NCBI GenBank assembly: GCA_951406725.2
Contig: OX597833.1
Span: forward strand, 28,210,001 to 28,274,000
Length of the DNA stretch: 64,000 nucleotides
Origin: Octopus vulgaris
Lineage: Eukaryota
Direction of reading: 5' to 3'
The notes beneath the pieces were generated by a model. It had not been told where the DNA came from and searched no databases. It saw nothing but the letters and a program-made list of their open reading frames with translations. The position numbers were made by a program, and so were the translations under genes. Of the stretch, positions 26,277-40,976 are shown in pieces (the stretch's first letter is position 1; each line of letters opens with the position of its first letter).

Positions 26277-26890
26277 AGATTCAATTCTTTAGCATTTAAA
26301 CCAGCCATATCTAGCCCAAATATTCTGCCCATTTTATGTTCATAATAGCCAGATCCAATCATCTACACCTACCCTACAACACCATTCTAAAAATAACAGC
26401 AATTACTTAATCAAAATCTTGAAGCTACAAGATAATGCGTGACTAAATCAAAACAATCTGACAGAGTAATCTGAAAGCTCAACTCAGAACTAGTGGGATG
26501 CAAATAAATACAAGGCCAGGCACACAACACCAGTAGAAGTGTGTGTATCAAAAACTATTTGATACTGAATAGAGAGGACAAGATGCGGGTATATAATCGA
26601 GGACTGTGTGAGAAATAAAATGTATAATGCTGTATAGTAGTTAATGTACAGGATTAAATGATAGTGTATGGTAGCAAATAAAGATATATGAGATGTAGGA
26701 TGTGTGATGTATGATAAAGGACTACATGAGGTGTGACAGAGTATGGCAGTGAACACAGAGGACTGAGGTGGGTGTAAGATGTGTGTTGTTAAGATGATTA
26801 TGTAAGATGTGTGATGTATATGGTGATAACTATAGAGACTGTGTATATGTGATAGTATATGTAAAATGTGTGTGTGTGTGTGTGTGTGTA

Positions 26891-28134
26891 CCATAAAAAC
26901 CGATGTAATTTATGCACCTTTTTTTTTCACAAAAATAAACTTCAGGGGGTGCATGAATTACATGAACAGATCATTTCTAGAATTTTCTTGAAATTGTTTT
27001 TTGTTGGTAAAAGATGTACGAAACAAACATTTGTACTGGAAGTTGACTCAATGTCAGAATAAGTTTTTACAGAAAAAGTATTAGCTTAAATATAATGAAG
27101 TTAACTTTTATTTATGTTGGACAGTATAATGCTTACTTCTTCTGTATAAAATTACAAAAACAATTTAATGGTTAACTACTTTATGAAGTCTGACGGTGGT
27201 AAACACAGTCTGGGCCATATCTTACATTGTTTGGAGTTTCTACCTATCAAAATGGAGCACCATTGACATACATAGTGACATGGATATTCTTGACTGAAAA
27301 AATGTAATATGGATAATCTTGATTGTATGGTTTTATTTTTGTCTGTTTATTACTAGGCACAGTTTTGTCGTACAGTTTACGCCAATTTTGAACATTGGTT
27401 TCCTTAACATTAAAATGCCTTTCGGCAGCTCTATTGCCGCATTCAAACGTATATTCAACACATTTAATTTCTCCTTTGCAGTAAGCGATTCATCACTTCT
27501 GCCCATACTGACAATAATGGTATGAAAAATTTTAAAGTTTGCTTGACATTTTATAAATGTGAAAGGGATTAAAATTTTGATAGTACAATTCAAAGGTTCC
27601 AATAAGAATAGGCAGAAAAGAATTGTTTACATAATCATTTTGATTAGTCACCTTCCTCCCTCAGTTGAGTAAAAGTGTCATCCAAGCTGATGCTTACTGG
27701 TAATTAAACTTAATTTGCAACACTTGTGTATATTTACCAGCTTTGTTTTTGTTGGTAATTCTTAACAACTTTTCCTGTGATCATGATTTGAGAAGACATA
27801 CAGCAGTATGCTAAAGATTGGACATAATCTCTTGATGGCAAGAAATGTAAAATAAAGTTTATTATAAACAACACTTTGTAATTCAATAGCTTTCAATGTG
27901 ATACTTGTTAAACAGAAATTATTTTTATTTAATGAAAATTTAATAAAATCTAATAAATAACTGAAATTATGCTAAATACAACTAAATTGAAAACCTTTTG
28001 CCCCTGGTTATATCAACAATTCTGAAAACTTTCAGGTACAAATTTTACATGTGTAGAAGCTTTTTTTAACAAATTTTATCCCGAAAATCACCTGCATAAA
28101 TGCACGGGTGTGCAAATTACATGGGTTTTTATGG
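26891..28134 (-). mobile_element. pogo-family DNA transposon, internally deleted
   Basis: TA-flanked TIRs ccataaaaacc.atgtaattt / aaattacatgggtttttatgg; frameshifted Brinker-type DNA-binding domain TAKEKLNV/VEYTFECGNRAAERHFNVKETNVQNWRK at ~27375-27490. Confidence 0.8.
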
Positions 28135-28457
28135 TATATGGAGGTGTGTAAGACATGATTATAACTGGTAGTGAATGTAGAGGACTATATGAGATGTAAT
28201 GTGCATGAAGGTGTATGGTAGCAGAAATAGAGGACTATATGTGGTGTTTGTAAAATGTAGGATATAGTATTTGGTAATAAATATAGAGGATTGTGTGTGT
28301 GATAATGTATGACTGCAGAGACGAAAGAGTACATCGTCAAGAGATCTGAAGAGACGATGAATTGCAGACTTGTCCAACCCATGTCAAAATAAACAAAACA
28401 GGTGCCAAAGCAACAACAACAACAATTATGATAATATAATGAATAAATGTCAATTAC

Positions 28458-29722
28458 CATCTGGGCTGAAGCTTTTTGGTTCACAGAACACAGCCACACA
28501 TCCTCCATAGTTGGCAGGAAATGTATCAGCATTGTCAAGACGATATTTCTTAAAAGACCCTTTAAATGGTAGACGGTTGAAGAGGAAGTCAACATGGCAA
28601 TGGGAATCTATAAAGGAATTAGCAAGGTTTGAACATTTGTCCAGAAACATTTTCTTCCAGTTTTTACCATAGCTAGGGATACTGCTGCTACAACTACTAC
28701 TACTACTGCTGCTGCTACTGCTTGTGTTATACAAGCTCATGTGGTTATCTACCAAGGATCTAGAGAAGGGGAAAGCTTCAGAGAGTTTCTTACGAGAGTG
28801 TTTTTTCCATTTGTAGTATTGCGGTGTCCCTGACAATGACTTGGAAAGTCTCTCTAGTTTATGCTGTGATAAGTATTTCTCAAACTTCCAACGTTTACTG
28901 GTGCTGTCAGAGGTTTGATTCCCCATAGAACTTTTCACAGATAGAGGTGTTGATGTTAAGAAGTTCAGTTGGGTTTGTGGAGGGGTCAAAGACCTTGATG
29001 CATCCTTTGGCAAAGTGACAGGTGACGCAAATAGTGATGTGTTGCAATTTGGAGAAACAAGCATTTTAGACCAATTGGCATCGGATCTGTAATGGGCTCT
29101 TTCTTCTTTGTTGAAACTGGAACTCGTGGAATAAGTATGACGCCTTCTTCTTTTTGGACTGCTGCTAGCTATGCTTTTGTAACTGTGCAACTTAGGGCTA
29201 GAACAATGTCTGTGGCTGTTTTTCACATCTAGAGAATACCGACTTCTTTTAGTCTTGTGTATATTTTCATTTTCTTCACAACAACCAGATTTTGAGAATG
29301 AATCACTTTTAACAGGTGTCACATCCTGTTCTATGGAATCAGAACTCTTAGAAATTGATGACAGGGATTTTCTGCGATTGAACTTGGGTGTTTTAGTGGC
29401 CATTTGGCTGTGATTTGGAGACAAACTATTGATGTAATCAGAATAATAATAATTAGGTGTTGGAATATAACTTAGTTTGCCTTCTTGGGTCACATCAACA
29501 ATGAAGAAAGAAGATTCTGAAGCAGAACAAGATGAAGAACCCGTAGAGAGTGGATTTACTCCAGACTTATATACATCCAATATTCCTTTACTGAGTGTGG
29601 ATTCCCTCTGGATATCTTGAGCCAAAACGTTGTTACTCAAACTCTGGATAGAATTACTGTAGAGCCAAGAAAAACTTCGATACAGAACATTCTTGAAGTA
29701 TTCAGAAGAATTCAAAGTAAAT
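28458..29722 (-). CDS. TATDN2: TATDN2-like large exon (Ser/Lys/Arg-rich extension plus start of the TatD domain)
   Basis: ORF 28450-29751; acceptor tttcag at 29723-24, donor gtaatt at 28457; ends with FIDSHCHVDFLF...GGCVAVFCEP, the TatD HxH motif. Confidence 0.93.
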
Positions 29723-30267
29723 CTGAAATTATAAATGAAAAGATTTGTCACTCAGTCTGAATTGCTAGTTAGTTGGATAGATTTACCTCTAACCAATGTT
29801 AAAGGTAATGTTTAATCCTGCCACTATATTGTCAATTAACAAAAAAATTGGCTAGATCTGACCTCTCACACATATCCTGCAATATCTTTCTAAACCTAAA
29901 CAATCACATCATGAAAATATCTTAGCTACAAGATAAAGCATGACTAATTCAAAACAATGTGAATAAATAAGCATCACATTTGACAGAGTAATCTGAATGC
30001 TAAATGTTTAAGTGGGTTAGTAACATGGGATCTGATACAATGTAAAGAGGGCTGGTAACCTGGGACTTGGTCCAGTTTTGAATGGGCTGATATTGAAAGG
30101 GTTAACAACGACATAGATGAAGTTGGTGATGATTATGATTGCATTGTTACTAGTTAATAAAAATGTCAATGATTGCAACAGCAATAGTAACAGTGGTTGT
30201 CAGAGTAATGACACCAGAAATAATAACAGTGGTAAGGATGATGGCAGACACTAACAAAGATACTTAC

Positions 30268-30325
30268 AGGGATAAAATCTGCAACTGAGGAACAGTCTTG
30301 TTTACCAATCTCGTTGAAAGTAAAT
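30268..30325 (-). CDS. TATDN2: TATDN2-like putative 58-nt exon
   Basis: ttgcag / gtaagt; phase 1->2 gives (D)LLSTRLVNKTVPQLQILS(L), in frame with the exons on both sides. Confidence 0.6.
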
Positions 30326-31138
30326 CTGCAAAGAGATAGAACTTTCTTAGAAACTTGTGCACATTTCAGTTCTCGGAGTGAGAGAGGGAAACAGAGAGGT
30401 GAAAGGAGAATAAAAAAAAAATAATAATAAAAGAGTGGTTTCCCCATTAGACAACAAACTCATACATTCAACAGCAACAAAAAATTTAATGACCAAATGA
30501 ACATTTCACTTATTGGATTCTATATCATCCTCAGAAGTTTGGTGTCCTATCCAGGAGTTTTATCACCTAGTCACCAGAGATAAACGAGATAGTACTAGAC
30601 ACACAACACCCTCAGATCATATTGGATCATTACTTGCTCAACGGGGATAAATACATAATTATTTCAGGGAAAGGTTATAATCAACAGACTAGTAACTTAT
30701 CTGGTAGGGAGAAATATTAGTGGAAAGAACAGTAGAAAATATTCTGGGTTCAAATTCTCTCAAATTACAAGATGAAAAGCAGAGATGCAATGGTGGTTAA
30801 AGCAACCGTAATTTAGTCTATAATGATATGGTATCTTCATTTTAGAGATAGCTGTCATCATTTACAACAAAGTCAACAAAGGATCCCAAATTTTCGCAAA
30901 TCATACCCTACAAACGTAGAAAAAATACAAAAGGATGATTTAGCCTAAAGCAGTCCAAAATATTTTTTAAAAAAAAGGACAATGGTCACGATTGGAACGT
31001 CTTTGACAATAGTTCTAATCAATCAGGATTGACTTGGAGTTAAATAACATCAACAATGTATAACTTCAAACTCCCTACCATCACCACCACCACTACTATT
31101 ATCATCATCATCATAACAGTATTAAACAAGATATTTAC

Positions 31139-31148
31139 CAATCTCCAT
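31139..31148 (-). CDS. TATDN2: TATDN2-like putative start exon (ATG GAG ATT G)
   Basis: ATG then a gtaaat donor in phase 1, completing a 1986-nt CDS (661 aa + stop); in-frame stop upstream. Confidence 0.5.
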
Positions 31149-31744
31149 TACTGTTGTCGAGCAGTTTCTGACGTTTAACCAAACTATATTATAGTTTCCT
31201 TGTCTATCGATCTCTCTGTTTCTCAATATTTTCCATTCTAAGATCTTAATATATATTTCTTGTAGAGGTTCAATCACAGGACAAATCGATGTTGTTTAAA
31301 CACAGATACACACACAAGTTGGTTATTGTACGCTGGATACCTTTACTTTGTTCGTCCACCAAACTATCTCAACAGCTTATCAGTATATGTACCTACCTAT
31401 CTGTATGTCATTGTCTATCGGTCGTCTGGTCAGTCCATTTATCGATATCTAAGTCTACTTCTATGTCACTGTCTACCTTACCTTGCCGGCTATTTGTCTT
31501 ATCAGTCAGTCTGTCTGTTTATATCTCTTTCTGTCCCACCTCCGACTAAACCCTCTCTTGCTCTTATTGTCTATTTGTCTTTATCTAATTACCTGTCTAT
31601 CGATTCAAATCCAAACCCCTCCATCCCCTCTAATATCACAATCCTCCATCTCCTCCCCACTTTCCCCCTCTCTCAACTCCCTATTTATCTTTCTCTACTA
31701 TTACTACTACCTTCCCTCCGCCCACCAGACAACAAACGTCTTAC

Positions 31745-32000
31745 AAACGCCGCCGAAACTTTGAAATAACCGCTGACTGAGTCCGGCTGTAATCTCAGTT
31801 CGAACTCATATCATTGTAGATAGGAATGAATACACACACAAATGAAAACCTCAGCTATATAATGCTTACATGTTGCTGAATTTCTATAGATGATGGTGTT
31901 GTATTATTATCACATTATGAAATTGCCCTCTTGAAAAATATTTCCAAAGTATCTACCGGACAAACCTTACGATTTCGGCAGCAAACGTAAAAAGCAAGAC
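31745..32000 (-). promoter_or_regulatory. putative TATDN2 promoter / non-coding first exon
   Basis: Locally CpG-rich; donor ggcgttt|gtaaga at 31744. Confidence 0.4.
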
Positions 32001-35000
32001 GGTCACATTGGTTTTGTTATTGATTTAGATGGGGCTATGTATATGCAGATCGCAGGGCCTCTGAGTCAGATAAAACAGATGAGTTAAGGATATTTAGGTT
32101 TTCATGATGAAATTTAACTTCCTAAGAAACAATAACAGTATAGAAAATATATCAAACTATTCCAATGGTTATGATAGAAAAAATTATATACTAACAAATG
32201 ATTTCTGTAACATATTCTACTAATATAAGGAGTGTATAATCGATTATATCGACTTGTAATTGAGTGGTCCTTTATTTTACCGACCACAACGGGATTTGAA
32301 CACAAGATTTTACACGGGCGAAATCAATTCCCAAGAACGAAAGTATAATTACAAATGCAAATAAATGATTTACTTAAGAACTTGAAATGAAAACATTGTA
32401 CCGATTCTTTTGTTATTAAATGAGTCTTCGAATGCAATGGAACCGAATTCACAATATTTAGAAACACAACTAAAAAACACTGCAAAACGTTGGCCAGAAT
32501 CAATTAATCACAATGTCAATTTGGGATGGAAAGGAAAAAAATCGGTTAAAATGACTAGTACTTTTATCCATACCCCGGCAAAATGAAAGGCTATCTGGTG
32601 AACTTGACTGCGATTTGAACTCAGAATATAAAAGGACGCAATGTTTTGGCATTTGCAAAGATATCGCACGAGATTGAACAGAAGCTATGCGGTATACGCA
32701 AATGTGCAGCATTCATTAAATGGAGGTTGTGATATACCTCCTCTTCCTTAATGGATCGGTTTGAGGAAGAGTAGAGATAGGGCGTTAATAGAGAGGTAAA
32801 AAGAAAAGAAAAATAACAGAGAGGTAGAAAGAGTAATACTTTGCAGATTTTAGCATAAGACCACCAATTTTGGAGGAATGGGGCTCAGACGATCGAACAC
32901 AGTACTCAACTGGTCCATATAGCGATCCCGAAGAAATGAAAGGTGCAGTCAATCTCGACGGAAATTTGAACTCATAAAGAGACGGAAGAAATGCTGCTAA
33001 GCATTTTAGCCGACGCGTTAAAGATTCTGCCAGTTCGCTACCTTTAGCAAGAGTAACAGAATAGGAGAAAACAGGAAAGAGGAGTGACAGACAAAGAAAA
33101 TAAATAATGTAGCTGGGGGTGGGGGAGAAGAGGAAAGTGAGTGATAGACAACATGCAAGAGAAGTGAGAAAGTTATAACAGAAGAGAGTGAAAAATTGAA
33201 AGGATAAGATATTGAATATAAAAAAAACACACAGAAGTAGGGGGAATTGGGCAAAAAAACAAAGATGAGGAAGAAAGGTGTACAGTCTGAACACTTTTAA
33301 ACATTATACATATATACACACACACACACATAATATACATAGATGAAGGCTAGACATATGCTACCAAAAAAGGTAACAATTCCCTTTCGCTCAGAAAAGG
33401 GTATTGTGTATCTTGTCTATATGTGTCATCAGAAGGGGTAAGGTAAACGAAACAAGCACAGCAGGGGTCTTTAGGCTTCAACAAAAATTTGAATATTTTC
33501 GTAAACAAATGTGGTTATAAACTCTTTTACACGTGTCTTGATGTCAGTACAGATGTATCCCAATCATAAGCGATGTGTCACCAGTACCTGCAGCCCAGAC
33601 AGGCAATGTCATCGCCGTCCAAACATGCCCTTACCACAAACCAGCGTGAGGGCTATTAAGAGTTCGCTCGATCTGCTAGAAATAGCAGTCAAATTTCTCT
33701 CAAACCACACCCAACCGTTTTAAAGGAAGGAAAGACACATTGGATAATGCAGTTCTTAAAAATACCAAATGATGCAGATGGCCATCGATGGAATGTTTCT
33801 TCAAAGGTTTGCACTAAGTTGATCAGACATGGAAGCGTCCCTATGGTAGTTCAATCTCTCTAATATCATCACGTCTTACCAATTTAATAAAAAGAAGGAC
33901 ACGTTGGAGAATGTAATCCGAGGTAGAAAATAATAAGTATTCAGGCCTGAAATAAAATAGATCTTGGCCCAATTCCCAACCACGAGTTTCCAGTTGTTCG
34001 ATCAACTACCAAATTCTTTGAATTAGCTTGTATGTGGCTGTGTATTCCACAGACATGAGTGTCCTTAATGTAATTTTGGGACAGAATCAGCGAGACAAGA
34101 TCGAATCTTTAAATTACAAGCCCAACACACTTGACGGGGTTCCACACACAGTTTCTATCCATCCAGTTTGATTCACAAGGCATACATTGAGCCCAACCCG
34201 TAGATTAAGAGATATTTGCCCAAGATATCTTAGATCAAATCCTGGACCTTGTGATTGAGAAACGAATATTCACTACACTGCATCTACAATATAGTATGTG
34301 TGGAAAAAAGACGAAATGGTCAGAGCTAGAATGTCTTTAATCATAAATCTGCCCAATTAAAGCCGACTTCAGATGTTCATTTTTTTTCTCTTTTTTTTTT
34401 TTTTGTAACTTGTGTGTAAGTTCAAAGTTTCCTTTCATCTTCGAGAGAATTTTCGTTTAGATAATTAAAATTTTCCCAGAAAGATGAAAGGAAGATTTAA
34501 ACTTTCATCCACCTCTCAGCTGTATGCAATAAGTGGATGACAGCAAAATCATAGCAGTACTGTTTCACCCTGGTAACACAACACCGGCCAAAAATACAAG
34601 TTTTTGCATCATGTGAGGCAATTCTCGTAAGTAAAATAATAAACTATATGGTTTACCTAAAAGAAGATAAAGTCGAATTTAAATTATATAATGTAGTTTA
34701 TGGAGGATCATCTTATGATTTTTTTAAATTTTATACCTGTATACTGTCACAATATTGTAGCTACATGCAATAAATCAGACACATTTCCTTCAACGAAACC
34801 ACTTTAAATGATGAAACCTATTAAACTTACTTTCTTCTACAAAATATACTTGTACATTAGGGATGCGTTTCGTACACTGACAAGTATGGTAACCTGGAAG
34901 AAACGAAGATCTGATTTTATGCAAATAAGCCCCAACTGCAATTAAGGTGCAGGGAAGAAGAGAATGAATGTTGTTAATGTAACACAAACTAATCAAAAGA

Positions 35001-36836
35001 AAAAAATCTAGCTTTCAGCTACGCGACAATGCTAATATCTTACACAGGCACAAAGCCAGAAATTTTGTGTAAGTCAGTTAAATCGACTACAATACTTGAA
35101 TGGAACTATAGTTTTGTAGGCCATGGTAGGTACAGTTTCAGCCTTGGACGAAATTTGAACTCAGAACGTAACCAAATATCACAAGGTATTTTATCCGATG
35201 CTCTTGCCTTCGCATGAATAATATACCTAAGGTTCCTTAGAACAAAACACTTAAAGGCTTTTTACAGAAATCGTTTATATGGCTTTTTTATGTTTCAAAA
35301 GGTTTTTATGTTTTTATCCAATCGATTATTAAGGACGAATGATTGATTGGTTGGTAAAGCTGGTTACCATAAAAACATTGCTTTTATATATTTTAACACT
35401 TATTTGCTCTATATGTATTTTCAGCGTGAGTATCTTTAACATCAGACGGTCTTCTGTAATAGCTAAAACTATGAATTGATGTCGATAAGCCTGCTTCCGC
35501 TTGTAGAAAACAGCCGAAATTATAAATATAGATGTGTTAAGGTTAGGTATTCAATAACAGCTGCCTACCTACAACAATTCACTATTTCAGTGGTAGGTTT
35601 TAAATAATCAATAGCTGTTAGTTATCGATAAAGGTCGTACAACCTACCTTTTCAATCAAACTCCACTTGGTGTCCAGTTTTTCTCCTAAACATGTCTCCC
35701 GCCTCCATTTTCTTTTATTCTCAAAAGTATTTTGATTATTTTTAACGTGTTTATTATTATTCAGTTGTATACCAGTGTGTTGATTGTTTTGAAGTAAATC
35801 ATGTGTGTTATTAGTAATGTATGCGTTAAATACAGAATTGAGAGGAATCAACACTAGCCACAGAGACACAAGAGTACCAATACAGATTAGCTTGTAGATA
35901 ATAAACGGAATGATATTCATTTATATTTATTATTTGCAGTAGAATGAAATCCCATCAAGGCCTTTATGAGGAAAAGTAGAATCGCAGAATTCGGGGAAAA
36001 TGATTTACAGAATTTACTTAATCTAATTCTGTGTGCAAATGCAGTCAGCTTGATCCATCTCACAAAACCATTCCCTTTCATTCGAGCCCTTTGCTGGCAA
36101 AGTCCACCGAGTACGAAATATAGATTATCTCTTAAAAAATCATACGGTGAGCGTGTTACCATTTTAACAATCTGTCGTACTGCGAATAGGCTCGGTATTT
36201 ACAAAACCTTTCAGTTGTAGTCACAGGTGTGGCTGTATGTTTAAGAAGTTTGCTTCCCAACCACAGGATTACAGGTTCAGTCTCACTTGCGTGGCACATT
36301 GGGCAAGTGCCTTCTACTATAGCCTCGGGTCGACTTGTGAGTGAATTTGGTAGACGGAAACTGAAAGAAGCCTGTCATGTGTATGTGTGTATCTGCATAT
36401 GTATGGTATATATATGCATACATGTCTGAGTGTGTGTCTCCTTGACATCACGTCATAGTTGTAAATGATTGTCACTGTCATACAAGCAGTGTCGTTCATT
36501 TTCAATACTCTACTTAAACATGTCTGGCCACTGGGAAATATTACTTTGCTTGGAAACAGGTGAGGATTGGCGACAGGAATGACATCCGGTCGTAGAAAAC
36601 CTGCCTCAATGAACTCCATCTGACCCACACAGGCTTGGGAAAGTAGACGCTAAAACGATGGTGATATTTTAAAACAAAGATAAAACTAGAGACTTGTAGT
36701 AGTAAATAAATGCAACAATGAAAACTAACGGTTGGCAAAGATAACAGAGGATCTGTCATAAGTGAGCTGAAAACACCTGCAGAAGTAGTGGATGAGAAAT
36801 ATAACTATGTATGACTTTTTTGGTCAATATACAATT

Positions 36837-37643
36837 TAAGCCCTGGTCACAAAAAAAAAAAAAAATTTTTTTTAAACAAGCCTACAATCATAAAGACATA
36901 TCTGGGGAAAATGTTTTCCAAAGAGGTGGGGAGAGGATTTCAGAAAATTCACATGATCAGTTTTTTTCCCTCATAACTTTCAGGGAAATGGATATCTTTT
37001 AGTGAAATTTTACAGAAATACCTTTCAAATGGCATAGATTATGATTATAAAATTTGTGGGGAAAATGTTTTCCTGAAAATTGAGGGGAAAAAATCAGACC
37101 AATTTTCCAAAACTCCTCTCCCCAGCACCCTTCATTCATTTGCGCAATTTTTTTTTCATATTCGTTTTTTACACCTGTTAGACTTTTTTTTTTTTTTTGT
37201 GACTGGGCACAAAATGAGATCCTGAAAGTTAGGGAAAAAACGGATCATGTGAACTTTCCAACAACCCCTTCGGAAAACATTTTCCCCACAATATTCTTTA
37301 TAATTGTAATCTATGTTGTTTGAAAAGTGTTTCTGCAAAATTTCTTTGAAAGATATCCATTTTCCTGATGAGGAAAACAAACGGATTGTGTGAATTTTCC
37401 AAAATCATCTCCCTATTCCTTCTGAAAACAATTTCTTTATGATCGTAATCTGTGCCATTTGAACGGTATTTCTATAAACTTTCATTAATATATATCCATA
37501 TATCAAGGTCGGATCTTGTGAATTTTCTGAAAGTCTTCCCTTTCCCGTTCATTTGCACAAATTTTTGTTTCCATATTAGTTTTCTACACATTTTTTTTAA
37601 ACCTAGTAGGATGTTGTTTTTTTTTTATCGTGCCCAGGGCTTA
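36837..37643. mobile_element. MITE-like element with TIR aagccctgg(g/t)cac and internal tggggaaaatgttttcc subrepeats in both orientations
   Basis: ttaagccctggtcacaaaa ... tttatcgtgcccagggcttaa. Confidence 0.6.
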
Positions 37644-37654
37644 AACTGTATATT

Positions 37655-37885
37655 TATTTATAGCCCACAGGGGACTAAACACAGAGAGGACAAACAAGGA
37701 CATACAAAGGGATTAAGTCGATTACATCAACCCCAGTGCATAACTGGTATTTATTTAATCAACCCCAAAAGGATGAAAAGGCAAAGTCAACCTCAGTGGA
37801 ATTTGAATTCAGAACGTAATGGCAGATGAAATACCACTAAGCATTTCACCCAGCATGCTAATGATTGTGCCAGCTCGCTGCCCTC
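37655..37885 (-). mobile_element. SINE with target-site duplication
   Basis: Flanked by ttaaactgtatatt (37641-37654 and 37886-37899); same family as ~6875-7100 and 63460-63800. Confidence 0.75.
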
Positions 37886-40800
37886 TTAAACTGTATATTG
37901 ACCTGACTTTTTACCAAATCTGCATTCCAATGATCACTAACAACAATGATACCAAACATAGGCACAAAGCCAGAAATTTAGCTAAAGAAAATATACTGGT
38001 GCTTTATCAACTCTAGGAGGATGAAAAAAAATGTAACTAAATAAACAACAATGTTCTACCAAATCTGTGATTCAAAAATAACCGTAATAACCTTATGGTG
38101 ATGATTATGCGGTGATGCATATAAATGTGACAGAATTCCTGATCTGAGCTTCTTTCACTCTACTTTGTCCAACTGGTAATAAATTTCAAAAGACCGTATC
38201 AATATGCTGAAGACTAAAATTGAATCAGAGTTGCCTTTTAAACCTTCGGTCTAATGCTCTCTCAACTATTTCAGCTATCTACAAACGGTTTCCTAATTTT
38301 TATAAATACATTTACTGCAATTAAAATTAAAATATTTTTCTGAAGTATACCAAACAAAATACATTAATTAATGAGTAGAGAAAAAAACTTTCAAAATTTT
38401 AGAAATAATGTTTTTTTTCCTTTGTCCTTTTATGTTTCATGTTTATCTGAAATACAGCTATTTACTTAAATAGAACAGACGTATTACAGCAAACAAATAG
38501 TCTCATTAGAAACATCAGAACACGTCTCCATGGACCCCATTGATTGCATGCAACATATCAAGATGATACAATACAATCAATTGAGGAAGTTGTAAAGATA
38601 ATTTATAAACATCCTGTGTGTGTATGTAAACATACCTAAACAAGTTTACCCCCATCCATACTTTGTTTCTTCATAACCTTAAAAAAAAAAAAAAAATCGA
38701 TATTTTTAAATGAAATTATCAACTTCCGATGGTGAAGTTTCCAAGTATATCAGAATAGGTTTTTGAAAACTTTTCCAAAAATTCACACGTGTCTGCTTTG
38801 TTTCCTCACAACTTTTAGAAAATTGAATATTTTTTAGTGAAATTTTCTACAAATATTTTCAGATGGTGTAAATGACAATTACAGCAGGATTTAATGTAGA
38901 TGGGGTGGGAATTGGTGAGCGTGCACACTTCTACATACATTACATATAGACACGGACGGGTCATTTGAAGTTTTCTTTGAAAAGTCAAGTTCCAAATTAT
39001 CTTTACACATTTGGCTCGTTACATTCAAGATTGCTTCAATTTGGCCAGCCCCAAAGAAAAACTAAGCTAAGAGCATTAGATTCCTTGGAATATATATCTT
39101 TTATTGTTTAATTATTTCAGTCATTAGACTGCAGCCATGCTGGGGCACCACCTTGAAGAATTTGTAGTTAAATGAATTGACCCCATTACTTATTTTTTTA
39201 AATCTGATACTTAACCTATCAGTTCTTCTGCCAAACTGCTAAGTTACAGGGATGTTAATACACCAACACCAGTTGTCAAGCAGTGGTGGGGGACAAATAC
39301 AGATACACACACACACACAATATATATGTGTGTGAGGGGCTTCTTTCAGTGTCCATCTACCAAATCCACTTGCAAGGCTTTGGTCAACCTGAGGCTATAG
39401 TAGAAGCCACTTGTCCAAAATGCAATACAGTGGGACTAAACCTGGAAACATGTAATTGAGAAGCAACACTCATACAAGAAAAAAGTGTAATAACATAGCT
39501 TGTCCAGCACCATGCCACCAGTTTTCATAGATCTATGACTTAAAAGAAGAGGTGAATCAATTTCCACAAAGTCAGCTTTTTTCTGATTAGACTAAAAATT
39601 ATCAAACTTTGAACCTCTAGCAACTCAGCAACCTCAGCCAACTGTAATGCTTATTTAGCCACATTGTTTTGAATTAATCAAGGATTATATCATAGTTTTG
39701 AGATTTCTATCATGTTATTTTTAGCATGATATTGTTGGAGTAGGTGTGAGAGGCCAGATCTGGCCATTTTGAATATAAAACAGAATATATTAGCCTGATA
39801 TGGCCAATTTAAACATCAAAGAGTTAAATAAATTCCAAATTTGGATTCAGCATAAAAAATTACATCACTATACAATATTTGAAAATTTTTACTTAATTTT
39901 AAAATTTCCAAATTTGCGACAGCAACTGACTAAACTTAAAGTCTTTATTCCTTCCATTCAAAGTTCCAAGAAGCACTTCTAACCACAATTCTCCAGTAAT
40001 CGCATGAGTACAAGCAGAATCTAACAATGCCATGCCAAGTATCTCTTTCACAAAAGTGGATATTGATCAGTGAATCTGATCAATATGGAATTCAACATGG
40101 AATAAAAATCACATATTGCAGACTTCATGACAAGATTAACATCTTTTATATTAGCCTCTGGCAAAACACTTCATGATCTTGGGATCTGACCTTCTACCCA
40201 CAAACAGATTAACAGTTGCCTCTTTTGCTATAAAATTGTTTGTATCAGTTAAAGTTTACAGTCTCTGGTTCGTACTTCATAGCTGGTACAACAAACTCAC
40301 TTGAAATATCTCTAATTACCTTCTTCAGGGTGCCTTTGATGCATTCACAAGTTAGATGAGAACATGTAGTATATGCTAGCTTTCCATTTTAATTTTTTTT
40401 TTTTCCTAAATTGTTAATATCATTAAGTACAAAAAAGTGCCTAACGACTTCCAAAAAATAATTCTGAATTGTGATAATTTTTGTTAAAGAAACTCTTACC
40501 AAAGAAGCAAGTCATTCAAGCTTAAGCTTGAGCTCCTTTTGTAAGAACAGAATTCATCAAAAGACATGTAAGCTCTCAGATTTCCATCATAAAGGTAAAT
40601 TTTATCAAGCTTGCCTGTATCAAGTTTAGCCTAATGTCTGCATCAATATCAGCAAGTGCTAAGTTAGATAAATGTTAACATGTATGTTAAGAGGCAATGC
40701 AATGCAAACTGATCACATTTTTAGAGCTTGTTTCCATTCAATATATAGGTCTTCATTAGACAAAATCAGTGGTTATTTCCTAAAATTTACTTTTGAATCC

Positions 40801-40976
40801 AAATGTACCACAATAAACTGCACCAGAAACATTACTTCCCATCATACTAGAATCAATGACAATTACTGCCTTTGTGAAATGCTTCTAACTCCTCACATTA
40901 TATTAGTTATTTGTTCATTTTGAATGTTCAATGATTACAGACACCATCTTCCTCTATGATTCACTATGATCTATAC

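Noticed and set aside
35618-36220. ORFs of 81-100 aa in unique sequence
   Set aside because: No recognisable domain or consistent splice chain
39980-40920. Unique-looking stretch, possibly an old transposase or exons
   Set aside because: No motif recognised and the frames are interrupted
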